DNA from: an uncultured Pelagibacteraceae bacterium
GTDB taxonomy: Bacteria; Pseudomonadota; Alphaproteobacteria; Pelagibacterales; Pelagibacteraceae
Assembly: GCA_902632545.1 (NCBI GenBank)
Contig: CACPCX010000003.1
Coordinates: forward strand, 46,033-110,032
Reading direction: 5' to 3'
Length of the DNA: 64,000 bases
Notes under the pieces: model-generated
The model's input: the letters and a program-made list of their open reading frames with translations, nothing else
The model's database searches: none
What the model was told of the DNA's origin: nothing
Program-made: the position numbers and the translations under genes
Shown: positions 62,762 to 64,000 of the stretch, one piece after another
Layout of the letters: each line of letters opens with the position of its first letter
How positions within the stretch are numbered: the first letter of the stretch is position 1

Positions 62762-63656
62762 GTCTTTTAGATTTTAAAAGTTTTTTAAAATAATCAGGTA
62801 ACAATGCTGAATAAGTGTGTTTTACCTCATTTATTTTAAATTTTATTTGATATGAATGTAACATTAAATTTTTATTAATTCCTTTATTTGAATTTGATAA
62901 TTTGTATTTTGAATCCCCAAATATAGGATTTCCGATTGCATATAATTGTTTTCTTAACTGATGCTTTCTACCTGTAATAGGTTTTAATTCAAGTAAACTT
63001 GCTTCAGAATTTTTATCAATTACTCTAAAAATTGTTTTTGCTTTTTCTGTAATTTTTTTATCATTATTGTATCTAATTAAATCATCATCCCATATACCAG
63101 ATTTTTTATTAACTTCTCCTTGGCATATAGCTAAATAAGTTTTGTGAACCTTTCTTAATCTAAATAAAGAAGTAAGTAATTGAGCGCTCTCTCTATTTTT
63201 AGCCATAATAAAAACTCCTGATGTATCTTTATCTAATCTATGAACGGAATAAGGTTTTGTTCCTTCAAAAATTTCACTTTTAGCAAATATATCGACCAGA
63301 TTTTTTTTTGATTTAGTTCCTCCTTGGACAGATATTCCTGAGGCTTTATTTAAAACTACAAAATTATCATTGTTTTCAATAATTTGGTCTTCATTTGATT
63401 TTATAATTTCTTTTGATGGTAAAAAGTTAATTTTTTTTCTCTGAATTGTTTCTTTAAATTTAATATTAAATACACTGATCTCATCATTTAATTTTACTTT
63501 AATTGAACTTTTAACTTTCTTTTTATTAAGCTTTATTTTTCCTGTTCTTAAATATTTTTCAACAAGTCCTTGTGGAATTTTTCCAATTTTTAATCTAAAC
63601 CATCTGTCTAAACGCATGTCATTACACGTTGAATCAACGATGTAAGATTTTTTCAT
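62742..63656 (-). CDS. rluC: RluA family 23S rRNA pseudouridine synthase with S4 domain
   Basis: [30 protein letters not shown]. Confidence 0.88.
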   Translation of the reverse strand: MKKSYIVDSTCNDMRLDRWFRLKIGKIPQGLVEKYLRTGKIKLNKKKVKSSIKVKLNDEISVFNIKFKETIQRKKINFLPSKEIIKSNEDQIIENNDNFVVLNKASGISVQGGTKSKKNLVDIFAKSEIFEGTKPYSVHRLDKDTSGVFIMAKNRESAQLLTSLFRLRKVHKTYLAICQGEVNKKSGIWDDDLIRYNNDKKITEKAKTIFRVIDKNSEASLLELKPITGRKHQLRKQLYAIGNPIFGDSKYKLSNSNKGINKNLMLHSYQIKFKINEVKHTYSALLPDYFKKLLKSKRLRFLNL

Positions 63657-63666
63657 GATTTAAAAT

Positions 63667-64000
63667 TTAAGCTGTGGCTTGACTTTTCTCTTCTGTTTTG
63701 GGAGCTTCTTTGGCCACATCTTTTTTAGGTTTATCAACTCTCTTAGCTTCAACATCTCTGTCAACAAATTCAATTATAGCCATTGGAGCATTATCTCCAT
63801 ATCTAAATCCAGCCTTAATTATTCTTGTGTAACCACCTTTTCTATTTTGATATCTTTTAGAAAGTGTTTTTTTTACTTTATTTGCTGATTTGATATCCTG
63901 TAATTTTGAAACCAACATTTTTGTTGTTTGAAGGGTTTCTTTTTTTCCTAAAGTTATAATCTTATCTGCTTGGGGTTTCAAAAACTTAGCTTTTGGTAAA
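63667..64000 (-). CDS. rplQ: 50S ribosomal protein L17, 5'-truncated by window edge
   Basis: Frame stays open to the edge (LPKAKFLKPQ...); RKGGYTRIIK, R.GDNAPMAIIE. Confidence 0.96.
   Translation of the reverse strand, partial: LPKAKFLKPQADKIITLGKKETLQTTKMLVSKLQDIKSANKVKKTLSKRYQNRKGGYTRIIKAGFRYGDNAPMAIIEFVDRDVEAKRVDKPKKDVAKEAPKTEEKSQATA

Noticed and set aside
8198-63888. Numerous 60-130 aa antisense or alternate-frame ORFs in the track (e.g. 15097-15414, 17424-17696, 30636-31031, 42185-42460, 48012-48329, 51100-51372)
   Set aside because: They overlap well-supported conserved genes on the opposite strand and carry no recognisable motifs; these are shadow ORFs.
1-64000. rRNA, tmRNA, CRISPR arrays, IS elements, phase-variable tracts
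   Set aside because: No GC-rich structured RNA other than the tRNA and riboswitch leader, no repeat-spacer arrays or transposases. Poly-A/T runs are in-frame Lys/Phe codons expected at this AT content.

Overview
Very AT-rich, streamlined alphaproteobacterial chromosome segment with near-zero intergenic spacers. Gene content and order fit Pelagibacterales (SAR11). Most of it is core housekeeping: rplM-rpsI-argC-hom, metY, rpmF-plsX-ihfA, hppA, rpiB-glyA-nrdR-rib-nusB-thiL, hemB, dapA-smpB-folK-rel-pyrE-pdxJ-acpS-lepB-rnc-recO, slt, tRNA-Ser(GCT), soxBDAG plus an ABC binding protein and permease, gatCAB-OMT-trhO, yqgF-pyrBC-plsY-topA, galU-ugd, panC, mgtE, lipB, rluC and partial rplQ. The left end holds a surface-glycan cluster. 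The best candidate for an undescribed system is at about 3.7-5.8 kb. There an intact, stand-alone Cre-like tyrosine recombinase has a 15-7-15 bp palindromic site 3 nt upstream of its start codon. It lies where gene polarity converges and next to an unusually long AT-rich spacer, which suggests a single-recombinase chromosome-dimer resolution (dif-like) system. Also notable are a tandem SAM-II-like/SAM-V leader on metY with a 13-bp cross-aptamer helix, an uncalled 56-aa membrane ORF coupled to ogt, and a trhO + TrmR-like O-methyltransferase pair. No rRNA, CRISPR, IS or prophage was seen. All calls come from reading the sequence and motifs only; no database searches were run.
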